Origin: Hamiltosporidium tvaerminnensis FI-OER-3-3
Lineage: Eukaryota; Fungi; Microsporidia
Assembly: GCA_022605425.2 (NCBI GenBank)
Contig: JAKIMF020000004.1
Location: 868,001-932,000, forward strand
Length of the DNA: 64,000 nt
Direction of reading: 5' to 3'
Below are positions 40,450-55,178 of the stretch, piece by piece. Made by a program: the position numbers and the translations under genes. Each line of letters begins with the position of its first letter. The first letter of the stretch is position 1. The notes beneath the pieces are model-generated. The model made no database searches. It had not been told where the DNA came from and saw nothing but the letters and a program-made list of their open reading frames with translations.

Positions 40450-43400
40450 AAAATAAATGCAAAGATTTCTACTTATGTTTTTAAATTTACTTCTATTTAT
40501 TTTTGAAATTTTGATTCATTATTCTAGATAATATTAAAATGACATATTTACTCTTACTAATCATTTTGAAGTTCCTTTGATCAATAAATCTTTAGGTTTT
40601 ATTATTTTTAATTAGTTCCTTCAATACAGAATATCTTAAATCTAATAAATATTTAATCATACTTTTTGTGGTCTTTTTATTCTTTTTTAAACTACTGATA
40701 TTTTCCAAGAAAAGAAATTTTTAAACAAATAGATTAAAATTAAAAAGTATGCTTTTGTCATACATTTAAGGATAATAATGGTATTTCTGAAAAAGTAATA
40801 TCATATATTTTGATAAAAAAAATTATATATTAAATAAATTAAAAACGAAATAGAAAAAAAATAATTAGATTTTTACTTAGACAATTTATGTGTTCAAAAG
40901 TTCATCAACTACAATATTTATGACATTATTAAAATTAATATCAACTCATAAGAAACTTTTTAAAATAATTAATTTTATTTTCATTTGATGTCCTAGGATT
41001 AAATATATTAAATAATAAACTAGGTTCGAAACTAAAAATGCGATTTATTTATCTATTTGAATCTAAAAGAATCTTAACTAAGAATAAATATAAAATTTGC
41101 GCAGCCTATCTTAATGTATAGAGTACATTGACTTATAGTGCACCCTTAAAAATATATTCTATTATTATTACTCAAACGATTACATGAATTTGTATCAAAT
41201 AAATTTTAAACAAAATTTTATTAAACAATTTTATAGTTTTCAGTATTAACATGATACATTTTAAGATATTTTGAAGTTATATAGAATCATTTTGAAAACA
41301 GAAATACAAATTTTAGAATAGTATAGGACCTCACTAGATAGATCATTTATACTTAATCAATGTTAAAAATTGGGTGATTTATATTTAAGAAACAAAGAAT
41401 CACATAAGTAATTACTCATTGGCTTTTCTTAAATAGGCACAAAAATTGAATTTTCTTGAAAAACCAGTATGAAAGTGTAGATTTTTTAGTTGGATGAAAA
41501 AACCGTTTAAATGTTTTAAAATTCATCAAAGAAGCCACTACATAAATAAATTATTTGTAAATTAGGTTTTGGGTAAAATAAATCTCTTTGGGTATCAGTT
41601 GCTATTATTTTGACTTGCAAAGAAGCTTTATATTCTACGATTCGGGTTTAAGCCGAAGATACTTTGAAAAAAAATCATTTACCCAAAGTTGTAGAAACAT
41701 CTAACATTTTAGAAAAAAAAATATTTATTTATTAATCTTTATTAATTTCCGTGTTTAAAACACAATTTTCGCTACTTAAAAATAGAGTTTTAAATTATGA
41801 TATTAATAGGTATTCAATAATTAAATATTAAAAACCAAGATAATTTATGGAGTTAACAGTAAAAATTTACATTAAAAAAACTATTTTTAAAAATTTCAAT
41901 TCTATTATTATAAAATATTGTGTTATCTTGAACCCAACAAATTGAATTCAATTCTATAATCTTGATAAATGTTTTTTTTGAATGTAATTACTTACAAAGA
42001 TATAGATTAATCTCACAATTAAAATCAGTTTTTTAGTTTTACGTAAAAAAGATGACGGACTATGAGATAGAATCTGCATTCAAAAATTTAATTGTAGCTT
42101 GAATTATATTTTGAAAAATTTCCTTTTGAGCTCTTAGAATAAAACTTAAAATTTTCACAATGAATTTTATAAAAAAAGTTAAGTATAAACTAATAAAGAG
42201 ATTAATATATTTAAAATATCCAAGAAATGTTTTTATGTCGTTTTTGAATAATGTTTAAAACGATAATTAACGTAAATTCGTGTTTTCGGAGAGCCACGGA
42301 AATAAAATCAAAATTACAGTGTAAAATAGTATTTTTTTAGCAGTGATATTTTTCAAAAACATCTAAAATTCAGAGAAAGATTCCAGAACATTATTCTGAT
42401 AAAATAACAAAACAGACAGCAGCAATTGTAACAAAAATACGTAGCAAAAACATGAATATATATGATGTAAACTTAAAAAAGTATTACGTAATGAAATTGA
42501 GTTTAAGCACCTAAAAAAATATTATATAAGAACTCTATCATCCAAACCATCTTTAAGAAATGAAGAGATATTCAATAAATGCGTCTAAATATATCTAAAT
42601 TTTATTAAAATATTCAAACGATGTTAGTTCAAGAGACAATAGAACAAACATTATTTATAAGATCGAATCTATAAATACTTTTTTTGCCAAAATTAAGGTC
42701 TGATTGTAAATATATTTAAAATTAATTACAGTTAAATTGTGGTTCTAAGATTCTAGAATAAAATATAGTTTAGAAAAAATACTCAGAAATTTCTCCCCAC
42801 AATATCAGCTTGATTCACTCTCGCTATATATAGATTCATCAAATTCAAAAAGCACTTTTTGTAGTGCATATTTATAGAACAATTCGCTTTTTGGTCTAAA
42901 ATAATTTAATTGTTCTTGATAACAATAAATTAAGAATGTTACCAAGCTAGGAGAAAATTATATATTATAAGTTTAAAGATTTTCATAGAATACTGTTTGC
43001 AAGACTTTTTTCATTTTAAAGGAATTACGATCTACATTTATATAAGTCTTAACTTGGATATAATATAAATGATCGACTAAAAAACATATTTATTATATTT
43101 AAACTTGTAGTTTGAACAAAACATGTTTTACACAATAAATTTAGTTGAAATTTCAACTAAATTATTTTTTTTGCGACTAAAAAGAAATAGATTTTTAATT
43201 AGGAAAATATATGTTAAAAATGAACACATATACTGCTATCATAAGCATGTACATAGGGTGCAAAAATTTCATCTCGCTTTTTAATTTCACTATAGCGCTG
43301 TCTAAATTGTTATATTTGTGCAACCACCAAGAAACTGACTCAGAATCGACTTATAAAATTTAAATAAATTATTTTATAAACCACAATAACTCTTTTGAAA

Positions 43401-43734
43401 ACCGAACAAATTATATCTAAAAATAACTCAATATGTACTATAAATCATCGCCTTCATTAAACAAAACAATGATATTATATCTTGATATAATATATACTGA
43501 TGTAAAATTGACCATTTCAGGCATATTTTACGATTTAGAGTACTCTTTTAATGGGGCAAGTTGGAACCAATATTAAATAAAACAATCTTTGAATTCTCAA
43601 AAAGAGTGAATTAATGTGAGATTATAAAAAAATTTCCCCAATATAAATTTTGAAGGTGATTCTTCGGGGATTAATGCAAATGATATTGTTTTATAATACA
43701 GAAAATCGCAAATCCGAACAAGATTTCCTACTAT

Positions 43735-43965
43735 AATACTTAGTTCGTTATAGAATTCGTCTTTTACCTCTCGGTGTAGAGGTTGAAAAAATGGAAGTTC
43801 ATCATATGTTTCTTTCAATGTGTTGTAACTCGTGATTATAGTAAGTTTGCCTATATATCGTGTGAATTATATTTCACCACAATGGCAGCAATGATTTTGA
43901 AATAGATTGTACATACTCAGTACCAAGAAATGTTTTTAATGTGGCTATCCTACAACCAGCTTACA
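43735..43965 (-). mobile_element. Repeat family A copy
   Basis: Reverse complement reads GGATAGCCACATTAAAAAC..CTTGGTACTGA..TCATTGCTGCC..CACGAGTTACAAC..CCTCTACACCGAGAGGTAAAAG. Confidence 0.8.
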
Positions 43966-44577
43966 ATAATACTACCCGTTATATTAAAATCAGTATATTT
44001 TATTTTTACTACCGCAAAATATTAGATTTAGATGCAAAAAACCTTACGAAATATATATAATCTGTATGTTTAACAAATAAAACCTATGGGGAATTTATTT
44101 TAATGAGTTATGTGCATTTTTTTGATATTTTTAACCTAGTTTCTGTAAACCCTAAATGCATGAGAAACAATTATATATTTTAAGAGTCGTATGGTTAAAA
44201 TGATAATTGGAATTAAAAAATTACGACAAATTTTTAGTTTTATGAATCAAGTTTCTCTATCTGTATAGAATTTTATTTATGTATATTTACATAATAAAAT
44301 GGTTCATAGTTCTATTCACAGTTTTTTGTGCTATACTATGCCATGTAATTAAAAGGGTTTTGTATAAAACTCACAATTCAATCAACAAAAACGTTGTAAA
44401 ATCCCTGCTTGTCTGGTTGAGCAAAACAAAAGAAAAAAATTTATTTGAGGGGCTAGATCAAAAGGGCTTAGGACTTAAATACATTTATAACATGTATAAT
44501 TTGTAACCAAGTATATTGCAATTTAAAACTGACCGTATACTAATATCAGGCTATATATTTCATTATTATTTAAAAAT

Positions 44578-45280
44578 TTGGAAGAAAGATAATCACATAT
44601 AAACAATCTGCTTGGTAATGAGTATGTGAAATGAGTGTGGAGATCATTTTTTGGGTTTTTTGGGAATAAATCCCTACATCAATTTCAGTTGATCAATGGA
44701 ATTTGTATGAAGAAGAGGCATACAAAATGGCGAAATTTTTTTACAAATCTATTTTGAGGGGTTTTATGTAACTAGATTGCATATCGGAGCTGAAATTGTA
44801 AGTAATTGCCAGTAAAAAGTTAGACAACTCTACCTTGCTCATTCAGGTTTGAATACTTAGAGCCTGAGATACAAAATTCAAATTTTTCAAAGCCGGGAAA
44901 GCTAAGAAGCAGGTTATAGCGATTCATATTGGGTTGCATTGTTGCAAGTGACCTCATGTAAGTATCTGAAATATATTTTAGCTGGAAGTTTATTAGGTTC
45001 AAAAAGTGTAGAGTAAGTGAGTATGCTGCATAGTCTCCAAGGAACCCAGGGTAGGGTTAAGCCTAAGATCACACTCCATGCAACAGAAATAAACAAACAC
45101 AGGGTAACTCCCTTACCCATAATATGTTCTAAACACTATTTATATGATGGGCTTCGGTATTTAGATATCTTAGTGGGGAACACGGTGTGTTGGTTTCAGT
45201 TATATATTTCAAACCCAGAACTGCATTGATGTCATGAAAACAATTATAAAATCCGCCACTGCTTTAAAATGATCTGATAT
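44578..45280 (+). mobile_element. Repeat family B copy
   Basis: Colinear with 14543-15266. Confidence 0.85.
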
Positions 45281-45549
45281 TTTGTAACAAAAAATATCTT
45301 TTACTAAAACACATATAAATTTTTAATTAAATAACTCTCAAAAAATAGGTTCTGAGCCTAAATCGTTAAAGTCTTAAAATAAGTATACATTTAGAAATAC
45401 ATGTTGTAATTTTCGCTTTAATATGTTAGATTAAATTTATTATTGCAAATCATAATTTTTGATATTGACCTACTTAAATTATACAGATTATAACTACGGG
45501 TATAGTCTCGTTAAAGTTCAAAAATGTTTCAGAAATTAAAAAATTGATG

Positions 45550-47150
45550 TATCTATAAATAGCGTCAATCTCGATGTATTTTAGGTATTTCCCACATTTT
45601 CTCCCGTAAAAAAATTAGCGTTTGTCTCTGAATACATATTTTTCATTTGAATGGAATTATTCTTATTAAGAAACTACTAATCAATTAAATTCTACAAATA
45701 TAATTTAAAAAACAGAACCACTTGTAGAATTTTGTTTAAAACATGTGGAAATACCCATACAGATGAACTTATAAAGAAATTCGGTTCCGAATAAATTTAT
45801 GATGACTAAAAAATATTCAATAGATAGATGTATTAATTATAAAAAATACTAGAAGTTATACTATGTTGATAAAATAGCTTGACTAAGTGCTTCAACTAAT
45901 TTTTTTAACCAAGAGAATTTTAATCATATAAAAATTGTAGCAATAGATCAGAGAAATAATGGATAATTTTTTTGCTATACACAACTTAAGCAATTTATTT
46001 CGAACTTTATATGACTAAGATATATATTAGTTGTTCTGTAAAGCCTAATTTTATTTACTAAATATTACTTTCCTTGAAATAAAAGTATTGTTGTATTTTT
46101 AAATGATATATTGCGCTATTGTAGGTTTCCTATGGATTTATGCTCCATATAATTTTATCGGCGTCTCAAAGTACCTAAATACCAAAGATTTTCATGTAAA
46201 TGATGTGTAAAACGAATATAATGTGCGAAAAACTTGCTCAGTATTCGTTAATATGAGTAGGATTGCAGTAAGATACCTACTATAGACTCCACTGTGATCA
46301 GACGTATTCAACTTATGAAAAATTTCCGCATCCAATAGATTGCAAGCTATCATATATCACAGAACCTCTATGAGGTTTATCTAGCATCTATGATGTCAAA
46401 AATCCGTATAATTCGCTACTTAGTTTTTCTTGATTATTAAAAAGTTTTTTATATTTTCAAGGCCCTAGGTTTGTTTATTCAAAGAGATACTGCAATTTCC
46501 CCATGTCTTTAAATTGCATTTATACCGAGTTCAATCTTGCTTTAAAATTTTGTAAAATAAAAAATTCCGAACGACGCTTGCAATTTCTTTTATAATTTTG
46601 TAGACCCTCTTGTCCTTATATAAATGATCATAGTGTGACTAAAATTTGGCTGGGTTTCATTTCACTAAAACCTCAATTAATGATTTCACTCTAAATTTAT
46701 TATTAATGTCTGATAAGATTCTTTTTAGCTTGGTTTATCCCTCCCATCAATCTAAATTCAAATCTATTTATCTTCCAATGATTATAAAGCTTTAAAATAT
46801 GGTTTTTAACTTCATAAAGCTACTTTTAGAGAGGTTTGCTTTTTACAAGATTAAGCCATAAAAATCAAAACAAGAATCAAACTTCTTTCTATCTGATAGA
46901 GGTAGAACTTCATACATAGAAAAAAAGCCAAGAATAAAGGTGGTTTACTCCGATCTTAAATTAGAAAATCCAAAAGCTACACATTTGTCTAAATTTGGAA
47001 TTTATTAAAAAGCTTGATGCTTATCCTTCACTAAATATACTATAAATTTCTTGATTTTTAGACTTCATTTCTATATCATTTCAATATTCGAAGACCCAAA
47101 ACTTTTTTGTTTGCAACTAAAAAAAATTGTCTCAGCCAAGAAATTTATCT
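45550..47150 (-). pseudogene. Possible very old non-LTR retrotransposon relic
   Basis: Only faint minus-strand remnants, such as DRKKFDS resembling DxKKAFDS. Confidence 0.25.
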
Positions 47151-47609
47151 ACCGGTTAAATATATTAGGGTTTAAGTTTTAAGCCGACTAATCGAAAATA
47201 TTCTTAACAAGAAAATTTGATCTATTTGCGTCAGTATGACAACTTAAACATTCAACAGAAAAGGTATAAGAAATACCGTTAACCAGCGAGGCTTTAATTC
47301 ACACGTGGATTGTGTTAAACCATACGGGAAAAAATAAGCTAAAGAAAAATTGCGGGTCTATCTTATCAATTAATTTTTTATTTAGATATGTTTTAGATAA
47401 TATATTTACATGTTTGGAGTGAAATAACCTTATATTACCTTTTAAAAAGTGCAGATTGCGCAAAACAATATTATTGATCTATCTTACTGTTTGAAATAAA
47501 AATCTATTCTTTGGATTTGCAAACCAAGTATTTTCTGAATAAATATATCCATAGAATTTTACTAAAAAAAATTGGCTATTAACTTTCCTATATCTTTCAT
47601 TTATTTTTT

Positions 47610-47835
47610 TCATCCTCAGCACTCCGGCCCTGCACAAGCCTTCGCCTTTCTTGCTAATACCGGCCACTGGTCTCTTCCTAGTAGGGTTCGTTACTTTTTT
47701 GGGTTTCTTAACAAAGTATTTTTAAAGAGTGGGTTGTTAGACCTACAATAAGCCCCGGTCCGGAGGAACAGTCCCTTTTAATCGCCTCTTACGACATGCA
47801 GTGAATACTATAAGCCAAGTCTGCACCAGCGAGGA
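47610..47835 (-). mobile_element. Bipartite RTE-derived SINE-like element (family C)
   Basis: GC-rich. Reverse complement has CTGCATGTCGTAAGAGGCGATTAAAAGGG and CTAACAACCCACTC..TTGTTAAGAAACCC, then a tail reading RDQWPVLARKAKACAGPEC*. Homologous to 62102-62315. Confidence 0.75.
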
Positions 47836-48695
47836 ATAATATATGTGTTTCTATGCATCTAAATAAATTCTTAAGTCAATTCAAATAAAGATAATGGATT
47901 TAAAACCAATAGAAAAGCTTTTATGAATAAAAAACATAAATTATCATTCCTCTTACATATAACAATGAAAAAAATATATTCATAAAGCTTAAATAATAAA
48001 AAATAGTTGCGTAATACCATATATATGTTTCATTAATAAATTTCTGTATATTAATGGTTCATAATATTATCCGAGTATTTTATCGTAGATTTATGCTAAG
48101 ATATTTTCTTCTCATTGTATATTAAATATTGTTTTTACTAAAATATCTTAACTTTGTTAATTCATTAAAAAACTCATCGATTCCATTTGATGAAAATTCT
48201 ATTTAAAATATATTTGAAATATTCATTTTTGAAGAAATAGTAAACTATATGGTTATATTAAACTAAAATTTTATGCTGTAAACTTTATAGCAGTGGAATT
48301 ATTAATCCTAATCTTTTTCATTTGACTATATGAAATATAATCTACAGGTATTTAATATCCAAAAGCAAAAATTTTTATCTTGGTAAAATTGGTACACAGC
48401 ACTATAATAACTTAAATAAAACATACTAATATGAAACATAATAATTTAGAGTTTATTTTTTAAGTCTAAGCCATGAAATTGCATTATTTGAATAAGACTT
48501 CTATAAAATGCAAAACCGGTGTTTATATAAAGAAAATAAAAGGTTTGATCTTTGAAGGTTTTAAAGTTCATGATATATATATTTTGACAAAATGTGAAAA
48601 AAATCATATCTATGTATAATTACAACTGGTATTTAAAAAAATATTACCGAAAGAAAAAAAATGTTTGAAAAAATTTAATATATGTGCACAATATC

Positions 48696-48921
48696 AGGTG
48701 GTGAGAGTTAACTACATTAACAACTATTTGGTTGGTAAGGAGTGTGTGAAATTGTTGTGAAAAACATTGTCGACATTTTGATGAGATATGAACCACATCG
48801 GATCTATAGCCTAATTTTTTATAATCCCGAGTCACGACAGATTAAAAAAATCAAATTGGAAAATTTACAGTTGTTATTCTCGACACCTAGAGGTAAAAGA
48901 GGAATGGAATAACTAAGTAAG
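48696..48921 (+). mobile_element. Repeat family A copy
   Basis: Head plus CCCGAGTCACGACAG..CTCGACACCTAGAGGTAAAAGAGGAATGGAATAACTAAGTAAG. Confidence 0.82.
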
Positions 48922-49382
48922 ACACAGATATGAAAATAAAAAATTCTTTTTTGATTATTACAGTCAATAAACAAGGAAGAAATATATTGAGATCAATCTC
49001 GAAATGAATAATATAAAGAAGATTTATGTATAGATGTTTTCAAAAATAAGAAACCGATTTTATTTTAGTAGCACAAAATTTTTTAGTTAGGTTTAAAATG
49101 GAAATTTCGCTCGTAGATTTGAAAAGAACACAGTTTACGAACTCAAAAATTATATTAAACGTAATCCCACACATAATAAGTTTAATATATTTTTTAACTT
49201 TCTATAATATTCATATTGATGATCAAAAAATTTTTAGTTCGTCAAATAAATAAATTATTTGAATGCTTGAAAAAAATTTTCTTGTACCATTTGCATTCAG
49301 GTTTTAAAAGTTTTTAAACATTTTAATTCATATATCCTACAAATACAGGATTTAAAATCCTTTAAAAGCACTTTATTTAAAA

Positions 49383-50104
49383 GTATCACATCTTTTTAAA
49401 ATAGTGGCAAGTGTTATATTTGTTTTCATGACATTTACACAGTTATAGGTTTAACATAAATGACTGCTACCCCAACACTCCATCGTTACCCTCTGCGATA
49501 CCTACTTCCCAAAGACTTTCATCTAAAGATGTGTAGAATTTAATTAATAGGCGAGGCAGTTGCCTGGGGTTCGTTAATGTCTGTTGCATAGAGTGTGATC
49601 GAGGGCCGAAGCCCCCGGGCTCCTCCCAAGACTATGCAGCATTCCCACTTACTCTACACTTTCTGAACCCAATAAACTTCTAGCTAAGATATATTTCAGA
49701 GATTTACATGGGGTCCACCTAGACAGTGCAATGTCATACCAACAGGTATAACCTGCTACTTAGCTTTCCTACTTTAAATGGTTTTTTATTTTTATATTTC
49801 CCAGGCGCTAAGTCTTCTAACCCGAGTGAGCAAGGCTAGGTTTCCATGCTTTTACATGGCAATTACCTACATGTTCAGCTGCGGTCTGCAATCTGGTTAC
49901 ATAAAAAACTACAAATAAATCTGTAGAAAAAGTTTCTCCATTTCTTAGACCTCTCCTCTTCATAACAACTCCCATGGAACAACCGAAGATGTAGTGTGGT
50001 TGTATTCCCACCAAAAATCCAAACAATGATCTTCACACCAGTTTCACACACTCATTGACAAGCAGAAAGTTTTTTATGTGGTTATCCTCCCTTCACCATT
50101 AGTA
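49383..50104 (-). mobile_element. Repeat family B copy (well preserved)
   Basis: Reverse complement aligns end to end with 14543-15266. Confidence 0.88.
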
Positions 50105-50799
50105 TTCTAGTAAATAGAATTAATTTTAAAAAATTGTAAACAAATGTGATTTAAAAACTCTAAATAAAAAACGAATAATGTATAAACCATCGATTAATAA
50201 ATAAAGAGTGTTTGCTGTTGTGTCATATACATAAAAAATTACAACCAATGGTTAGTCAAACAATATTTAAAAGTTTCCTTCAATGTACTGTGTTGCTCAT
50301 TTAAAATTATTAACCAAGGAAAATTTCAATAATGTCTTAAATTATAAATGAAGAATTTTAGAATGATAAGCAAAAAAGTATTATAATATAGCATAGAACA
50401 CTCTTTTTCGACCGATAAAGAGTCTGAATAGAATTTATTTATGAAAAAATTATTTCCTTGATTAAATTGTGGTTTATATGCTTTAATCAAAAAAAACGAT
50501 TTATCTCTTTTAGAAAGATGCAAGTTAATAGAATAAAAGACATTCTTTTAACTGCATGTTGCTCTGATTGATTGATGTCAAATTAGATGAAAAAAATATG
50601 TTTATTACGTGATTTATAATTAATAATATACAAGACAAATCTTAGTGCAAAAACATGGAAATAACTATAATAAAGCCAAAAAGAAGCTGATCAAGTGGAT
50701 TGAAGAAATAAACTAGACAAACACCAAACAGATACACCCCTATTCCTTTTTTTATACAAAAATTACATTCCTGGTCATACTAAACATGCGACACGCAAA

Positions 50800-53700
50800 A
50801 AACTGTATGTTTTAAATCGTATATTCGTCCAACGCCAATCTTTACTCTTGGGATCAAGACACCGAGCGCAATCTATCTATGACAAGACAAATCTCCGTAA
50901 TATAACCATTTACAATATAACTTATAAATTTCGGTATAAATACTCAATTTAATAACAACATACACAGAGAAACAGGCTGAAATGTATTTTTCGAATTAAG
51001 GCAAGATCTGGAGAGTTTCATTAAATAGCTAAGAAAAGGCTTCTCCGGTACTAAAAAAACTTTGACGGCTGTTTAATAGCCATCCAGACTTAAAAGTTTA
51101 ATATTCGATTGATTCAAAAGGAATTAAGATCGAAAGGATAAATACGATGTAGAATCCCCCCTGTCTCACGTAACCATGTTCTCTGTCAGACATAGAGCTG
51201 TATTAAGCTAAAAAAAGAAGTACTAGTAAAAAATAAAATATCAATATGAGAATAAAAATGAAAGGCAGTGGTACTAACTTGCAATATTTTCTTGAATCTG
51301 TTGTCAGTAACGTTTTCGATAGCATAAAATGACAGCCGAGGACTGTGCTAAATCACATGCACTCGAGTCCTTAATTGATGCGGGCATTATTTTATGAGTA
51401 GTAAGACGTAATAGAAACCTAGATCTGCAAGAACGAACACCAAAAAGTAAAGTTTTTAGCCTATACGTATAAAATATTTACTGGAAAATGCTCTTCTTCA
51501 GACGATGTCTTTCCTTCGGAACGGAAGAACTCGGGAAACTATGCCAGAGTTTAATTGAAACTCGACAGCCCAATGACTTTTCTAAAGCTTTAGTTAAAAA
51601 GAAAGAGTTTAAAAAATTCAACAAAAAATCTTTAATATGTCTGAAAGAAGGACAAATTGAAAAAAGAATCGTTAATTAAAGTTGGCGAGGTCAATTAAAT
51701 CTCGGGTTATCTCGAACAATGCAACCTGAGGAAAAGTTGGTCGAATAAAATTATGAGTTTTGTTCAACAATAAAATTCAAATTTCCATGACCAAGTTATG
51801 TATTATGATATTTAGTAGAGTTTTTTTGATACTAATCCAATATATTCTATTCACCTGCTGAATTTCGTAGTGAAAATTCTGGTATCATAACTGTAAACCG
51901 CAGGAATATATTGTGTTTATGATTTATATATTATTAAATTTACGACGTTGCGGTATAGTTTTCAGGATAATATGAAAGCCAATGTTAGAAAGAACGCTTT
52001 AAGCCGACTTTTTTTTGTAATCTCATTGCCTTTATAACTAAAAATAAACACCGAGAAGTTTAGAGTACATGTCAAATACCTGTAACTAAAAACCCTATAA
52101 GTTGAACACGAAATCTGTAAAAAAAAGTCGTCCAGCCTAAGGTAGAAAGAAGAGGAGTTCTATCAGAAATTCAATTTAGAAGGCGCGTAATAGGTATGTA
52201 GAGAGCAAGAAATATTAAAAATTTCCTTTCATAAAAAGTATAGAAATAACCTTAATTTGATATGAATTTATATTTAAATGCTTATGAGTCAATAAATTAT
52301 TCTTATTCGACTTAAAACATCTAAAACCTTGATTTACTAACTTGATAGTGAAATAATCTAGACAAAGAGGTGATGAGTGATGTCACAGCCGACCTTCAGA
52401 AGCTCGGCGTTCACAACTGAAGAACGAATGCATATCATTGGGAAGAATGACGAACTGACGTTGTTGCGACGGCCAAAGTTCATCAAAGACTGCAGCGCCG
52501 ATGATGATGTATATGAATAGTGAAATACTATAAGGGAATTTTCAAATGGCAAAACAATATACCACAGTTGCCATAAAAAAATACAGAAAAAGAAGATTGA
52601 AAAAAACATGTTACAAAGGGATAGTATGACATATTTTCTTTTTTTGTCTTTTATGGGTTTTTTGAGCCGAAAACTAAATGAGAAATAGAAGAAGAATACA
52701 ATAAATAATAATCAGATTTCAATCCGCCAACCATCCGCTATTTATTGAAAATTTAAGCACCTTTAGATCCCAATTAAACCATGGGATCTATGAAAGAACA
52801 AACGAAAAAGTTCTTAAGCGTTTTTTGGTGAAATAGATAAAGAGAAGATAACCTTATATGATAGGTATAACAAAGATACGCTACAGTTATAAATATTTTG
52901 GTTTTTACAAACATTTGGAAATAATAGAAGATTTTGGAGTAATTTCAAAACTAGCTCGTTTAAGAAGTAATGAGCAAGATAACAGCTAGGGTTAAAGAAT
53001 CTCTGCATTAGTTTAAATCCAAATAATATTTTCAAATTAGAAAAAGTGCGATATCATTGACCGATTATCATATATAAACGAAGCAACTCGCACCAGCTGA
53101 CTGCACTCAATCGATGAATTAGTACTTGCCGTGTTGGTAAAAAAAATAAAATACATCACGACTAGGCTATAAAGTACTTCTACGGTTTTCTGAAAAAAAC
53201 ATGAAAGATATATTAATAGGCTTGAGTGGCAAAGTAAATATATAGTTCTGCAACTCTTAGATTTTTCCGAGATATAAAGAAATATCAACTCTAAGAACAG
53301 AACTTTTATTGTTTAGAATACCAATAATGCCTTGTTTGCACTACAAAAGGTTTCTTATAAAACAAAATATAGAGGAATGAAGAAGTCTATAAAAAAAATT
53401 TGAAAAAGTCATAACTTGTAGAATACAATCACAAAACAGAGAACAGACAACTACCTTCACAACTATATAATGCAAGAAAAATAAGCTTTTGTGTTAGTGA
53501 CTATTCAATATGTCTCAAGAAGAGAATATTGTGTCATGTAATGAAGCATTATTTTGCTATATTCAGAATTGAAATATATTCTGGAGAGCTGCAGGTATGC
53601 TAGACACTTACTAAGACAGATAAAAATTTCGAGCGTTTAGCAACTTGTTGTAAGAAAATACAGGGGTATAATTATACCAGAAGTATTATTGAATCACAGC

Positions 53701-54450
53701 CTACACCTAATCTTTCTAAATAGATGAAAATTTAGGTCTACAAAACAAATTTGGAGTCTTTCAGCTTAAGAAATTCTTGTAAATGAATATTCGGAAATAA
53801 GCCCTGAACCAGTACTAAAACGTGACTTAAAATTCAGAATAAAAATCTAGATATATTCGTTTTAGACAAAACGCGGAATAAACTAAATTGAACTTCATTC
53901 AAGTAGGAATCAAATCCTAGGATTCAATTAAAATATTTAAAACCGATAACCCAAAGAAGTATGATCTACTATGCTTTTTTGGATCATTCCAAGCGTAGTG
54001 TTAAGATATTCGTTTATGTGATAACCTGATACGTTATTTTGACAGAATGCCATGAGGTATATAAGCAAAGACTGCAAATATCTATATATGCAGAGATATA
54101 CATTCATTCGATACTTTTCTGGGAAACAGTCAAACAATTTCCTTTGCGACAAAGAAAAATTGATTCGAAACCAAATGCCTAAGAGAACAGAGAGAGCGTC
54201 AATCTATGTTATAAAAAGAGGTCAGCCCAACGAGGAATCAATACAACTTTGAAACAGACGAGTAGCGACAAGAAATGGTTGGAAAAAGAATTAATACAAA
54301 ACAATACACGCTCATTTCAGTTTAAAAAACCAAAATAGAGGTATCTAAAATAAACTTAAGCAAGATCCGAATTTATAAGAAGAAATCAAAGCGGTTAAAG
54401 AGGTATAAAAAATAAATAACAAGGGTTAAATTAGTTTAACCAAATTTTGC
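50800..54450 (+). mobile_element. Decayed near-full-length R4-type LINE
   Basis: DNA blocks colinear with 56700-60305 (AAGCTTTAGTTAAAAAGAA, GCTATATTCAG, GATATATTCGTTTTAGACAA, CAAGTAGGAATCA, GAGAGAGCGTCAAT, GCGGTTAAAGAGGTA). Many stops and indels. 5' limit approximate. Confidence 0.85.
52356..52516 (+). mobile_element. RTE LINE 3' fragment nested in the decayed R4 element, 11-bp TSD
   Basis: Reads MSDVTADLQKLGVHN*RTNAYHWEE*RTDVVATAKVHQRLQRR* (RTE C-terminus), then GCAGCGCCGATGATGATG. TSD ATAGTGAAATA at 52345-52355 and 52517-52527. Confidence 0.85.
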
Positions 54451-54482
54451 CTTAATAATAAATTCTTTGGTATCAGATTTGA

Positions 54483-55178
54483 TCCCGAGAGAGGATGACA
54501 ACATTAAAAACTATTTTCTTGGCGAAGATTTGTGGATTGGTTCAAAATAAAAGCTTAGATTTTTAGTGGAATATAAGGTAATTTAATTTTGGTTTTTTAG
54601 TGAGAATTTTATAAAAGGAAGATGTTTTACAAGGGCATGAAAGCTCATAATCTAATGACCGTTTATAATTATCTATGTAATTTTACTTAAGACTAAAATT
54701 TTATTTCTAATAATTCCTATGTAAAAGCATGAAAATCCAGTCTTTCTTATTTAGTTAGAGACTTGGCATCATGGGATATAAAAAAAACTCATTAAAAACC
54801 CAAGAAATCCAAATAGCAGATTTGAACTAATGGTATGACATTGCAATGTTCAAATGGATCCTATTTTTGTCTCTGAGATATATCATTGTTGAAAATTCAT
54901 TTTTTCGGAAAGTGTAGAGTAAGTAGAAAAACTGATCGGCTTGAGGGAGTCCAATGCGAACATCATTCTACGATCAATTTCTGGTAACTGAAAACACGAA
55001 CAAAAGGTATATACTCCGCACATAAATAGGTTACACATATTGTGATGAAAAGCTTCGAAATGTAGTTTTTTTGGAGAATACCAATGATATTTTAGGAGAG
55101 CGTTATCTATGTTAAACCCGAAAGTGCGTTTATTTCATGAAAAATATTACATATTCTGCTTTTTTAATGCATATGATA
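54483..55178 (+). mobile_element. Repeat family B, diverged copy
   Basis: GAGGATGACAACATTAAAAAC head, GGTATGACATTGCA, GTCTCTGAGATATATC, GGAAAGTGTAGAGTAAGT and TATGTTAAACCCGAAAGTGCGTT. Confidence 0.75.

Larger units (their letters stand above)
41903..45366 (+). repeat. Segmental duplication, copy 1
   Basis: Colinear with 60308-62100 and 63390-64000. Confidence 0.92.

Noticed and set aside
48696-48921. Family A as an integrase fragment or TG..CA solo LTR
   Set aside because: The YNPES-like peptide frame is broken in other copies, and the homology continues past GTCACGACA into an RTE-like tail.
49995-50104. A/B head as 5S rRNA- or tRNA-derived, or as a known ribozyme
   Set aside because: Only short 5S-like words (TGGGAATAC, TTGGAT) in single copies. 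I could not fit a cloverleaf, hammerhead core or full HDV topology.
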